A DNA stretch of 64,000 nucleotides from a bacterium (GTDB taxonomy: Bacteria > RBG-13-61-14 > DATKZS01), in contig CAXXFL010000003.1 of assembly GCA_963674965.2 (NCBI GenBank), forward strand, positions 448,001 to 512,000. Reading direction: 5' to 3'. Of this stretch, positions 18,526 to 28,202 are shown piece by piece (position 1 is the stretch's first letter; every line of letters begins with the position of its first letter). Position numbers and translations under genes: made by a program. The notes beneath the pieces were generated by a model. The model had not been told where the DNA came from and ran no database searches. It worked only from the letters and a program-made list of their open reading frames with translations.

Positions 18526-19242
18526 ATGGAAGAGTCGAAGAAAAAAAGGACCGGCCACGCGGCGCCCGAGGGCTATGACGCGGGCAATTACGAAAAACCC
18601 TCGGTGGCCTGCGACGTGGTCATACTTACCTTTCGGGACGGCGACCTGGAGATCGTTTTGATCCGGAGGTCGAGGGACCCGTACGAGGGCTACTGGGCCC
18701 TTCCCGGCGGCTTCGTGGACATTGACGAGTCGCTCGAGGCGGCGGCGGCGAGGGAGGTCCGGGAGGAAACGGGCGTTACCGGCCTTGGCCTCATCGGGCT
18801 CGGGGCCTTCGGCGACCCGGACCGGGACCCGAGGACCCGCGTCATCTCCTCCGCCTACATGGCGCTGGTGAGGCCCGGAGATATCAAGCCCCGGGCGGGA
18901 GACGACGCCGCCGAGGCCGAATGGCACGGGCTGGGCAACTTGCCCGATCTGGCCTTCGACCACGAGGATATCATCGCCAAGGCCATGGAAAGGCTCCGGG
19001 AGATGGCCGTTTTATCGCCCCGTCTTTTCGAGCTTCTTCCCGAGAGGTTCGGCCTGGCCCAATACAAGGCCCTCTGCGAGAGAGTCATGGCCAGGCGATA
19101 CGAGGACGACGGTTTTTACGGTTCCATCCGCCGCAACCCGCATTTTATAAGGACCGGCGCCGGGGATGACGGCGAGGAATTGTTCGGCTTTGACGCCTCG
19201 GCATATCGCGACGGCGAGTTCATGTTCCTGCTCCTGGGCTAA
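18526..19242 (+). CDS. NrtR-like Nudix-domain protein
   Basis: PSVACDVVI, WALPGGFVDIDESLEAAAAREVREETG (Nudix box), FGDPDRDPRTRVIS, LAFDH, C-terminal LLPERF wHTH-like region. Confidence 0.85.
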   Translation: MEESKKKRTGHAAPEGYDAGNYEKPSVACDVVILTFRDGDLEIVLIRRSRDPYEGYWALPGGFVDIDESLEAAAAREVREETGVTGLGLIGLGAFGDPDRDPRTRVISSAYMALVRPGDIKPRAGDDAAEAEWHGLGNLPDLAFDHEDIIAKAMERLREMAVLSPRLFELLPERFGLAQYKALCERVMARRYEDDGFYGSIRRNPHFIRTGAGDDGEELFGFDASAYRDGEFMFLLLG

Positions 19243-19253
19243 GGAGGAAGGTT

Positions 19254-20495
19254 ATGACGCGAGCTCTTTTCATCATGGCCGCCATCATGTTGGGCGTCTC
19301 CTTTCCGTACGGGCGCGAGGAAAAGGCCGGCTGGAAAGTCACCCAGATAACGTCCTGCAACGGCGGCGCGAGCGGCCTGCCCCAACTGAGTCAGGACGGC
19401 AAGAGGGTCTACTTCGTTTCCAACTGCAACCTTGCCGGAGACAACCGCGACCTGGGCAAGGAGATATTCAAATGGGAGGACGGGAAAATCACTCAACTGA
19501 CCCATACATCGTACTGCCAGATCGGCAACTTCTCCTTGTCCCCCGTCTCGGAGGAATTGGCCTTTATTACCACCTGCGACATAAACCGTGAAAATTCCAC
19601 GGGCCGCGAGGAACTGGCCCTGCTCAAAAAGGACGGCTCGGCGATCATGTTGACCAGGGAAAGCCAGGGCGGAAACGATTTCCCCAATTGGTCGAGCGAC
19701 GGCAGGTACGTGGTTTTCGAGTCGAGCGCCGATCCTCTGGGCCGGAACGCGGACCACTCGAGGGAGGTCTTCACGGCTGACGTCACGGTCGACCCGCCCC
19801 TCCTCCAACAAATATCCCGGACGGCCAAGGACCGAAAGTGCGAGAACTCCTCGATGGCCGCCGGCGGGGTGGTGGCCAGGTGCGACGACGACTTTCCCGG
19901 CACGGCCCCCGACACGGGCGCGCTGGGCATGTCCGTAACCATCGAGGGCAGGACCGTTGGCTCCAACCCGGACCGCAACCTCGAGCTTTTCCGGTTCGAC
20001 TTAAATGGGCGCGCCGTTCAGCTCACGGACACTAAAGGCTGCGAGAACAAGCTTCCTCTTATCCAGCCCGAGGGAGGGGAGTTGGCTTACGTGACCGACT
20101 GCGGTCCCTCCAGCTCGGGGCTGCCGGTAAAGGAATGGAAGCTGAACCTCCTGGCCGGGACGGAAAAAAGACTGTGCCCCGACCTTTCCTTTTCGGTTTT
20201 CTCCATGGCCTGGAGCGGGGACGGCAAGCGGCTGGCCCTTAGCTCGAACATGCAATACCGAGACGTGAACCGCGAGCGCAACGCGGAAATCTTCATCATC
20301 GACCTGGACTCTCCTCGAGAGAAGCCGGCGGCGGTGACGGATTTCCCCTACGGCTGGAGCGAATATCCATCCCTCAGCCGGGACGGGAAGGTGGTGGCCT
20401 TTCAGTCCAATTACACCAATGAAAGGGAAAACTCGGACGGGAACCTCGAGGTTTTCATGGCCATGGAGACCCAGCCCGAAACGGAAGACGAATAA
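19254..20495 (+). CDS. Secreted TolB-like (PD40) beta-propeller protein
   Basis: Signal peptide; repeats of PxLSxDGKxVxFxS and NxDxxxEIF. Confidence 0.8.
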   Translation: MTRALFIMAAIMLGVSFPYGREEKAGWKVTQITSCNGGASGLPQLSQDGKRVYFVSNCNLAGDNRDLGKEIFKWEDGKITQLTHTSYCQIGNFSLSPVSEELAFITTCDINRENSTGREELALLKKDGSAIMLTRESQGGNDFPNWSSDGRYVVFESSADPLGRNADHSREVFTADVTVDPPLLQQISRTAKDRKCENSSMAAGGVVARCDDDFPGTAPDTGALGMSVTIEGRTVGSNPDRNLELFRFDLNGRAVQLTDTKGCENKLPLIQPEGGELAYVTDCGPSSSGLPVKEWKLNLLAGTEKRLCPDLSFSVFSMAWSGDGKRLALSSNMQYRDVNRERNAEIFIIDLDSPREKPAAVTDFPYGWSEYPSLSRDGKVVAFQSNYTNERENSDGNLEVFMAMETQPETEDE

Positions 20496-20548
20496 GCCGC
20501 GGGAGGGAACGGCGTCCGCGACCCGGTCCCGCCCCCTGGAGGTAAATA

Positions 20549-21184
20549 ATGGCGACCATCTATCTTTTGCGTCACGGCCAGACTTCATGGAACAAGGACC
20601 CCCGTTTCCGGGGCAGGAAGGACGTGCCCCTCAGCGAGGAGGGCAAGCGGGAGGCCGAGGCGGCGGCCGACTTCCTCGAGACCGCGGGCGTCACTCGCCT
20701 TTACTCGAGTCCCTTAAGCCGAGCGGCGGGCACTCTGGCCCCGCTGGCCGGGCGTCTGGGCCTCGAGGTCACGCCCTTCCAGGACGTGATCGACATGGAC
20801 TTCGGCGAGTGGGAGGGCCTTTCCATCGGCGACGCCGAAAAGAGGTATCCGGACCTTTTCGAGCTTTGGAAGAACCAGCCGGAAAAGATCACCTTTCCGG
20901 GCGGCGAGAGCCTTGACGTCGTGCAGGCCCGGGCCATGCGGGGCGTCAGCCGGCTGGCCGTCGAGTTCCCGGAGGAAACCATCGCCTTGTGCTCCCACCG
21001 GGTGCTCTGCAAGCTCATCGTCCTCGGACTCTTCGGGGCCAAGCCCGACAAGTTCTGGCTGGTCAGGCAGGACACCGCCTGTATCAACCACTTCACCTAC
21101 GCCCCGCCCAGGGCCGTGGTCTACTCGATCAACCAGACCTGTCACCTGGACAAGCTGGAGAACAGGCTCCCGGCGGACTTCTGA
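20549..21184 (+). CDS. Histidine phosphatase (phosphoglycerate mutase/CobC-like)
   Basis: LLRHGQT, YSSPLSRA, DFGEWEG, PGGES, CSH. Confidence 0.92.
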   Translation: MATIYLLRHGQTSWNKDPRFRGRKDVPLSEEGKREAEAAADFLETAGVTRLYSSPLSRAAGTLAPLAGRLGLEVTPFQDVIDMDFGEWEGLSIGDAEKRYPDLFELWKNQPEKITFPGGESLDVVQARAMRGVSRLAVEFPEETIALCSHRVLCKLIVLGLFGAKPDKFWLVRQDTACINHFTYAPPRAVVYSINQTCHLDKLENRLPADF

Positions 21185-21240
21185 TGGCTGGACTCGCGGC
21201 GCGGCCCTCGATCATCGGCCCGAAGAGGGGGCAAGGCTGA

Positions 21241-22410
21241 ATGGAAACGGGCGACTTCGGCCGGCCGGCCTTTCGGGTGGCCTCGGCCCTTTGCTTTCCC
21301 CGCCTGGCCGGCTCGCCCGGGGAGAGGGCCGCCAGGGACAAGGTGGCCCGGGCCTTCCGGGACGCGGGGCTCGAGACGGACCTCGAGTTCTTCTACTGCT
21401 CCGACTACGCCATCACCGTCGCCGCCAGGTGGGCCATGGTCCCCACCGGATTCATCCTCGTTGCCGCGGCCCTGGCCGGACGCCTGGGATTTTGGGCCCC
21501 GGCCATGATACTCGCCCTCCTCTCCCTCTTGCCCGCGGCGTACGTTTTAAAAAGGGTGGGCGAGGGCTTCAATGACCCCGACCGTCCCCGGCAATACCGC
21601 TCGGCCAACGTGGTGGGCCGGATGGCCGGAAAGGACGGGGCCGGTACCGTGGTGCTCATGGCCCATTACGACTCCAAGAGCCAGGTCTTTCCCATCTGGC
21701 TGAGGATATCGATCTTCCTCCTGTCCGCCGCCGGAAGCGCGGCCCTGATCCTGGCCGTCGCGGTCTGCTCGCTCCTCGAGGCCCTGAAGACGCCGTGCCT
21801 TTTGACTCCCATCATCTTGCCCTCGGCCCTTATCCTGCTCATGGCCGACCTCTCCCTTCTTTTCAACGCCGTGGGCAACAAGTCGGAGGGGGCCCTGGAC
21901 AACGCGACCGGGGTGGGGATCATCACCGAGATCGCGACCCGCCTGGCCAAGGAGAAGCCCGAGGAACTGAACGTCGTGGCCGCGGCCACCGCGGCCGAGG
22001 AAATCGGGCTGTGCGGCGCCAACGCCTTTATCGAGGCCCACGCCCATGAACTCGACCCTTCCTCGACCCTGTTCCTCAACTTTGACGGATGCGGCGGAGA
22101 CCGCGTTCTCAGGGTCCTGAAAAGCCATGGGGCGCCCGCCAGGAAAATCCCCCCCGACCTGGCCCGGGCCATTAAAGAGATAGCGGACCGGGAGGGCATC
22201 CAGGTCAAGTGGACGACCATCCCCGCGGGCATGGCCACCGACCTCTTCCCCGTAAAAAAAGCCGGATACAAGGGCGTCGACTTCATAGGCATGGCCGCCG
22301 GAAGCCATACCCGGGGCGACAGGATCGAGCTGGTCAAGGAAAGTTCCCTGGCCGAGTACGTCAAGGTCGGAATGGAGCTGGCCGTCAAAGCGGGAACGAG
22401 ACGGACATGA
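21241..22410 (+). CDS. Membrane-embedded M28-family metallopeptidase
   Basis: MAHYDS, GALDNATG, AEEIGL, LNFD, HTRGD Zn ligands; four TM segments. Confidence 0.85.
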   Translation: METGDFGRPAFRVASALCFPRLAGSPGERAARDKVARAFRDAGLETDLEFFYCSDYAITVAARWAMVPTGFILVAAALAGRLGFWAPAMILALLSLLPAAYVLKRVGEGFNDPDRPRQYRSANVVGRMAGKDGAGTVVLMAHYDSKSQVFPIWLRISIFLLSAAGSAALILAVAVCSLLEALKTPCLLTPIILPSALILLMADLSLLFNAVGNKSEGALDNATGVGIITEIATRLAKEKPEELNVVAAATAAEEIGLCGANAFIEAHAHELDPSSTLFLNFDGCGGDRVLRVLKSHGAPARKIPPDLARAIKEIADREGIQVKWTTIPAGMATDLFPVKKAGYKGVDFIGMAAGSHTRGDRIELVKESSLAEYVKVGMELAVKAGTRRT

Positions 22411-23300
22411 GCGAGGACCGAATCATCCTCAGCGTCTCGCGCCGGACGGACGTTCCCGCCTTTTACTCGGAGTGGTTCATGAACCGGCTCGAGGAGGGAC
22501 GTCTCGAGTACCGCCACCCTTACACGGGCAAGGTCCACGAGGTCATCATCTCGCCGGAGGGGACGGCGGCCATCGTCTTCTGGACCAAGAACTTCGCTCC
22601 CATGCTCGAGCGCCTGGACGAGATGGAAGCTCTCGGCTACGGCCGCTACCTGGTCCATTACACCATCACCGGCCTGGGACGGGGCCTCGAGCCCCTCGCT
22701 CCCCCCGCCGAGGAGTCGATCCGGACCCTCGAGAAGCTGTCCGGACGAGTGGGCCCCGAGCGCCTGATATGGCGGTTCGATCCCATCGTGCTTTCAAAAA
22801 GGACCGGCGTCGCCTCGACCCTCGAGAGGTTCGCCGGGCTGGCCGCTAAAATCTCGGGCAAGGTCCGTGACTGCTTTACGAGCGTGATGGAGCCTTACGC
22901 CAAGACGAGGGGAAGACTGGCGGCCTACGAGGCGAAAAGCGGCGACGAGATCGTCGCGGCCGAGGGCGACGATCTCATGCGCCTTTCCATGGGCCTGGGG
23001 GAAGCGGGAAGAAAGGCGGGCATATCCGTTCGCGCCTGCTGCTCTCCCGGGCTGCTGGGGTTTGGGGTCCAGCCGGCCAGGTGCATTGACGGCGATCGTA
23101 TTTTGTCCTTGTGGCCCGGGTGCGGCCTTATACCGGCGGCGTCCCCCACCAGGAAGTCCTGCGGGTGCGACCGGGCCGTGGACGTGGGGGCCTACGACTC
23201 CTGTCCCCACCGATGCGTCTACTGCTACGCCAACGCCGCGGATAATACCATCGCCAGGGTCCATGCAAACCACGACCCCCGCTCGGCCGGACTGGCGTAG
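22407..23300 (+). CDS. DUF1848-domain protein
   Basis: ILSVSRRTDVPAFYSEWF, VFWTKN, WRFDPI, C-terminal DVGAYDSCPHRCVYCYAN; ATG overlaps the upstream stop (ATGA). Confidence 0.88.
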   Translation: MSEDRIILSVSRRTDVPAFYSEWFMNRLEEGRLEYRHPYTGKVHEVIISPEGTAAIVFWTKNFAPMLERLDEMEALGYGRYLVHYTITGLGRGLEPLAPPAEESIRTLEKLSGRVGPERLIWRFDPIVLSKRTGVASTLERFAGLAAKISGKVRDCFTSVMEPYAKTRGRLAAYEAKSGDEIVAAEGDDLMRLSMGLGEAGRKAGISVRACCSPGLLGFGVQPARCIDGDRILSLWPGCGLIPAASPTRKSCGCDRAVDVGAYDSCPHRCVYCYANAADNTIARVHANHDPRSAGLA

Positions 23301-23303
23301 GCC

Positions 23304-23984
23304 TTACTTCACCGGGACCCAGAAGTCGGCGTCCATCACCACGCATGAGGCCCCCGTCTGAGAGCAGGGCTTACCCTGGATATAGTCGTCAATGGCCACC
23401 ACCTGGGGAACGAATATCATGTTCCAGAACTCCATCATCTTGCCCTTGTGGTCCATCACCGCCAGGGCGTCCTCGAGGCTCACGCCCTGGTACTTCATCT
23501 GGTAATAAGCCGCCAGACGTCCAGTCCGGTGGCTGCCCGTCTTGCACCGGAATAAAAGCCCGGCCTTGTCATTTTTCGCCGACTCGACCTCCTTGTCGAA
23601 CCACTCGAGGAAACCATCGCTCACCGGGGTCAGTCCCTGGTTGACGTTATAGACGACCTGGATATCCTCGCATACTCCCTCCCTCTGGAACTTAAGCTCG
23701 CGAGTGGAGGCCGTTCCGTCCATTACGATCACGCGCTCGATTCCATACTCGGAGCACCATTTGGAAAAGGTCTCGCGACTGGGGGCCGCGCTTCGATAGA
23801 GCCGGAAGGACCTTTGCCCGCCGGGGTCGGGCTTTGGCCCGTCGATCCGGTGAAGGTTGTTATTCTCGCTTGTGTAACCCGCGCCCAAAAGCTCGTCCTT
23901 GTCCGAGGCGCCTCCGTTGAAAATCGCCGCGAGCATGATTGCCGCCGCGGTGAAAACCATGAAGACCGCGCTTTTAACTTTCAT
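23304..23984 (-). CDS. Exported protein-tyrosine-phosphatase-like (Cys-x5-Arg) protein
   Basis: Signal peptide/anchor; LYRSAAP; P-loop FRCKTGSHRTG. Confidence 0.78.
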   Translation of the reverse strand: MKVKSAVFMVFTAAAIMLAAIFNGGASDKDELLGAGYTSENNNLHRIDGPKPDPGGQRSFRLYRSAAPSRETFSKWCSEYGIERVIVMDGTASTRELKFQREGVCEDIQVVYNVNQGLTPVSDGFLEWFDKEVESAKNDKAGLLFRCKTGSHRTGRLAAYYQMKYQGVSLEDALAVMDHKGKMMEFWNMIFVPQVVAIDDYIQGKPCSQTGASCVVMDADFWVPVK

Positions 23985-24217
23985 TTTTTCCTCCCATGTT
24001 TCTCGCTTATCTTGGACTGCCCTTTATTTTCGAAAAGTCTAAAGGGCAATATCGGCGCCAAGGGAGGAAAGGCGGAAGACGGCCTCGGCGTAATACCCCG
24101 AGAGATATGCCGTTTCAAGGACCGCTCGGGCCCGCCGACCGATGGCCGGGAGGTTTTCGGTGAAATGATTTGTTTCGGAAAGGCGCCTTTGGCGAAAGAA
24201 AATCTCGCGGCCCGCGG

Positions 24218-25093
24218 CTATTCCTTTTGCCCGCCGGGCGCCTTGGGAAGGATGATATGGAAGCTCGATCCGTGTCCCGGTCCGGGGCTTTCGGCCCAGA
24301 CCTTTCCTTTATGCGCCTTGATCGAGCTTTTGACGATGTACAGTCCCAATCCCGTTCCGCCCTGCTTGCCCGAGGCCCGGTGGAACTCGGTGAAGATTTT
24401 CTTGAGTTGTTTTTTTTCTATGCCGTCCCCATCGTCGCTCAAGGTCAGGTGGATTTTTTTTTCTTCCCCTCGAAGGGAGATGGAAATCGAGGGCTTGCCG
24501 CTCGAGTATCTTATGGAGTTCTCGATCAGGTTCTTAAGGACCGCGTCAAAGGCGTTGGGATCGATCATGGCCAAACACCCGGGAGCAAGATCGAGCCTTA
24601 GCTTTATCTTCTCGACCATCTGGGGGCGTGAGGCGAGGAACACCTCGATAAGGTCGGCCATGTCGTTTTCCTCCGGGTGGTAGACGGCCTTGCCCCGGTC
24701 GATCCTGGAGGCGGCCAGGACGCCGGCTATCGAGTCGCCCAGGCGCTGGGAGTCCTCGAGCATGAGCCGCAAAAAGGCCTCGCGCTTTTCCTCGTCCAAC
24801 TCCCGCATCATCATGGTCTCGATGTAAAGGCGAAGGGAGGCCAGGGGGGTGAGAAGCTCGTGGCTGACGCTGGAGATGAAGTTGACCCTCTCCAGGTCCA
24901 GGATTCTCACCTTGTTCCAGAAAACGAAAATGATGGTCGAGGCCCCTATCACGGGAATCATGAGGAATATGCCCTGCAGCAGGCTCCAGACCTGCGGACG
25001 CGAGGTCGCGTGCCACACTATCCAAAGCACAAGCACCGCCACCGAGGCCACCTGTCCCAGAACGAAGAATATTATGGGGACCCGCTTTTTCAT
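24218..25093 (-). CDS. Small two-TM sensor histidine kinase
   Basis: H-box SHELLTPL, N-box NLIENSIRY, DDGDGI, GTGLGL. Confidence 0.93.
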   Translation of the reverse strand: MKKRVPIIFFVLGQVASVAVLVLWIVWHATSRPQVWSLLQGIFLMIPVIGASTIIFVFWNKVRILDLERVNFISSVSHELLTPLASLRLYIETMMMRELDEEKREAFLRLMLEDSQRLGDSIAGVLAASRIDRGKAVYHPEENDMADLIEVFLASRPQMVEKIKLRLDLAPGCLAMIDPNAFDAVLKNLIENSIRYSSGKPSISISLRGEEKKIHLTLSDDGDGIEKKQLKKIFTEFHRASGKQGGTGLGLYIVKSSIKAHKGKVWAESPGPGHGSSFHIILPKAPGGQKE

Positions 25094-25237
25094 GAGCGTT
25101 CTTCATCGTAGTGCCCCGGCCTGGTAAAATCAATCTTGCAAGCAAGGAAAAACCGGATATTTGACGCCCTTGGCGCCGAATAAAGCCAAGAAATTTCCCC
25201 GGGTTTGATTTTACCCTCCTTCTTTGATAGCGTTATT

Positions 25238-25252
25238 TGGCGCGTTTTTCGC
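25238..25252 (+). promoter_or_regulatory. Possible sigma54 -24/-12 promoter for the nucleotide-sugar dehydrogenase
   Basis: TGGCGCG-TTTT-TCGC with exact GG-N10-GC spacing; imperfect -12 element. Confidence 0.4.
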
Positions 25253-25400
25253 CGTGTATGGCCCCTTTGGGGGATTAAGGACCTTTTTTATTGGCGAAAA
25301 AAGGCGCGAGTCCTCGGCCATTTGCCCCGCCGTTTTGCCCAAGCGGCCGGTAAAGCCCGACAAGGACTGAAACATTCAAACGATCGGGAGAAATTTCTAC

Positions 25401-27056
25401 ATGGTAAAAGATCATTCGTCTGAAGTCGAGTATTCGGTAAGTCCGGACGGACGCAAGTTTCCCCTTCCCACGGAGGCGGATTACAAGGAGGAGAGAAAGA
25501 GGCTCGACCGTCTCGTGCTCGAGAAAAGACGGGAAGGCTACGAGATAGTCGTGGTCGTGGGCCTTGGCTTCGTGGGCGCGGTCATGGCGGCGGTGGTGGC
25601 CGACAGCGTGGACAAGAACACGGGCATGCCGGGCAAGTTCGTGATCGGCATGCAGCGCCCCAGCCCCCGGTCGTACTGGAAGACTCCCCTCATCAACGAG
25701 GGGGAGTGCCCCATCAAGGCCGAGGACCCGGAGGTGGAAATCCTCATTACGCGCTGCGTCCAGGAAAAGAAAACCATGATCGCGACCTATTCCAACGACG
25801 CCCTCAAGTTCGCAGACGTGATCGTGGTTGACGTGCAGTGCGATTATCTAAAGGAGGACCTTGGCGACCTTCTTACCGGCTCGGTGGCCATGAAGGCCCT
25901 CGAGGAGTCATTAAAGACCATCGGCGAGAACATGCGTCCCGAGGCCCTGGTCCTTATCGAGACCACCGTGGCTCCGGGCACCACGGAGAAGGTGGCCTAC
26001 CCCATCATCGAGGCGGAGTTCAAGAAAAGGGGCATCGACTCCCCTCCCCTGCTGTCCCATTCCTACGAGCGGGTCATGCCCGGCCGGGACTACGTGGCCA
26101 GCATTCGCGATTTCTGGCGTGTCTGCTCGGGGGTGGACGAGGTCAGCCGGAAAAGAGTCAAGAAGTTCCTCTCCGAGGTACTCAACGTGGACGACTATCC
26201 GCTGACCGTTCTCGATAAGCCCATCGAGAGCGAGACGGCCAAGATCGTCGAGAACAGCTATCGCGCCACCATCCTGGCCTTCATGGACGAGTGGACCAGG
26301 TTCGCTGAGAAGCACGGGGTGGACCTGCAAAAGGTCATCCAGGCGATAAAGGTCAGGCCCACTCACTCGAACATGCTCTTCCCCGGTCCCGGCATCGGCG
26401 GATACTGCCTGCCCAAGGACGGGGGCCTGGGCATCTGGGCCCACCGCAACATCCTCAAGGACAATGAGAACATCTTCAAGATGACCCAGCTCGCCATCAA
26501 TATCAACGACACGCGGGGCCTTCACGCGGCCGAGGTCGTGGCCCGGACCCTTAAAGAGGCGGGCAAGGACGTCAAGGGGGCCAAGGTGCTGGTGTGCGGC
26601 GCCAGCTACAGGGAGGACGTGGGAGACACCCGCTACTCGGGATCGGAGCTGGTGGTGAGAAAGCTGGCCCACATGGGGGCCAAGGTCTACGCCCACGACC
26701 CCTACGTCGGCCACTGGTACGAGTTCGAGAAGCAGGAGTCCTACCCATATCCCAAGCACTCCCTGGCCCGGTTCTTCGAGAACCAGGAGCCGCTCAAGAA
26801 CCTTAAGGTCCAAAAAGACCTTGGCCATGCCCTGAAGAACATGGACGCCGTTTTCTTCGCCGTGAGGCACGAGGAATATCTTGGCCTCGAGCCCGCCAAG
26901 GTGGTCGATTGGGCCGAGGGTCCCATCGCCATAGTGGACGGGTTCGCCCTCTTGCCCGACGAGAAAATTATCGAGTACCTCGAACTGGGCTGCGCGGTAA
27001 GGGCCCTGGGCCGGGGACACGTGGACCGGCTTAAGGAAAAGCTGGCCAAGGCCTGA
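25401..27056 (+). CDS. Nucleotide-sugar dehydrogenase (UDP-glucose/GDP-mannose dehydrogenase family)
   Basis: VGLGFVG, IETTVAPGTT, ERVMPG, AKIVENSYR, PGPGIGGYCLPKD, DTRYS, HDPYV. Confidence 0.92.
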   Translation: MVKDHSSEVEYSVSPDGRKFPLPTEADYKEERKRLDRLVLEKRREGYEIVVVVGLGFVGAVMAAVVADSVDKNTGMPGKFVIGMQRPSPRSYWKTPLINEGECPIKAEDPEVEILITRCVQEKKTMIATYSNDALKFADVIVVDVQCDYLKEDLGDLLTGSVAMKALEESLKTIGENMRPEALVLIETTVAPGTTEKVAYPIIEAEFKKRGIDSPPLLSHSYERVMPGRDYVASIRDFWRVCSGVDEVSRKRVKKFLSEVLNVDDYPLTVLDKPIESETAKIVENSYRATILAFMDEWTRFAEKHGVDLQKVIQAIKVRPTHSNMLFPGPGIGGYCLPKDGGLGIWAHRNILKDNENIFKMTQLAININDTRGLHAAEVVARTLKEAGKDVKGAKVLVCGASYREDVGDTRYSGSELVVRKLAHMGAKVYAHDPYVGHWYEFEKQESYPYPKHSLARFFENQEPLKNLKVQKDLGHALKNMDAVFFAVRHEEYLGLEPAKVVDWAEGPIAIVDGFALLPDEKIIEYLELGCAVRALGRGHVDRLKEKLAKA

Positions 27057-27117
27057 TCGAAGCAAGTTAAAGGCGGCCGACGCGTCGCGAGCAAGGGCCG
27101 CGAATGGAGGGATGTAA

Positions 27118-28107
27118 ATGAAAAGACTTATTCTCGCGTGCGTTCTCACGGTCCTGGCGTCCACCGTCTGCCTGGCGGGCATGAACAGGGAGGACTACTG
27201 GGACGTTCTTTCAACCAAGGCCGAGGCCGAGCGTATGGAGACCCTGGGCGTGGTTTTCACGGAGCCGGGAGACGCCTCGGACGACTATATGCCCTATCTG
27301 AAGAACGAGGCCCCCATTACTCAAAAGGACTGGTTTTCCGATATAAGATATTCCATGATCGAGGAGCCGGAAGCGGGCGACAAGGAAAAACTTTCGTCCG
27401 CCCTCAAGGAAGCCGCCGAGGACCTTAATATCATGGTCAAGGCAAGCCGCAAGAAAGAATGCAACGTTTACGGAAAACATATTAAACCCAACGTCGAGAA
27501 GACCTTTTACGCCGACGACATATTGAACTATATCAGCGTCATGCGACTTTGCGTGCTCCTTAGTGCCCGGGCCGAGGAACTGGCGGACCAGGGCAAGTTC
27601 GACGAGGCCAAGGAACAGGGGCTCGCCGTTATGAGGATCGGTAGCCACATGGAAAACGATCCCATCTTCATCGGCTACGTACTGGCGGCGGCTATCAAGA
27701 AAAACGGCGCCAAGTCCATGGTTACCGTCTGTGAAAAAAGCCAAAGTCCCGGGGAAGTAAAAGCCTGGAAGATGTACCTGGACGTGCTTAAGGGCAGGGA
27801 ACTGGTCAGGAACTCCCTTTTCATGGAGTTCCAGTTCTCCTTCGGGGAAGAGGACATGAGGAAACTTGTGGCCAAGGAGGATTTCCCCCGCGCCATGAAG
27901 CTCGAGCTCATCAGCGGCAAGTATTACTGCATCGAGTCCAAGTCCATGTTCCTGCGGTGCGCGGCCCTGGGTCCTCCCGATTACGTCATCGAGGTCATGG
28001 ACCAGTTCGCCAAGGAAAGCGAGATAAACAAGCTCTTTATGGACCAGCTTAAAGCCCACGAACTGGGCCTTAAAGACATCAGTTTTATCGAAACCATCGG
28101 CCCGTGA
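27118..28107 (+). CDS. Secreted hypothetical helical protein
   Basis: Signal peptide, SD GGAGG, followed by a terminator; no recognisable motif. Confidence 0.7.
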   Translation: MKRLILACVLTVLASTVCLAGMNREDYWDVLSTKAEAERMETLGVVFTEPGDASDDYMPYLKNEAPITQKDWFSDIRYSMIEEPEAGDKEKLSSALKEAAEDLNIMVKASRKKECNVYGKHIKPNVEKTFYADDILNYISVMRLCVLLSARAEELADQGKFDEAKEQGLAVMRIGSHMENDPIFIGYVLAAAIKKNGAKSMVTVCEKSQSPGEVKAWKMYLDVLKGRELVRNSLFMEFQFSFGEEDMRKLVAKEDFPRAMKLELISGKYYCIESKSMFLRCAALGPPDYVIEVMDQFAKESEINKLFMDQLKAHELGLKDISFIETIGP

Positions 28108-28123
28108 AATTTTTCGGCTTTTT

Positions 28124-28154
28124 AAAAGGGCCCCTTTGCCGGGGCCTTTTTTTT
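28124..28154 (+). terminator. Rho-independent (probably bidirectional) terminator
   Basis: AAAAG-GGCCCC-TTTGCC-GGGGCC-TTTTTTTT. Confidence 0.85.
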
Positions 28155-28202
28155 GGCGTCTTGATTATTTTTCGGCCAAGGATGGCTCTCGAAAAGGCCA
28201 GG

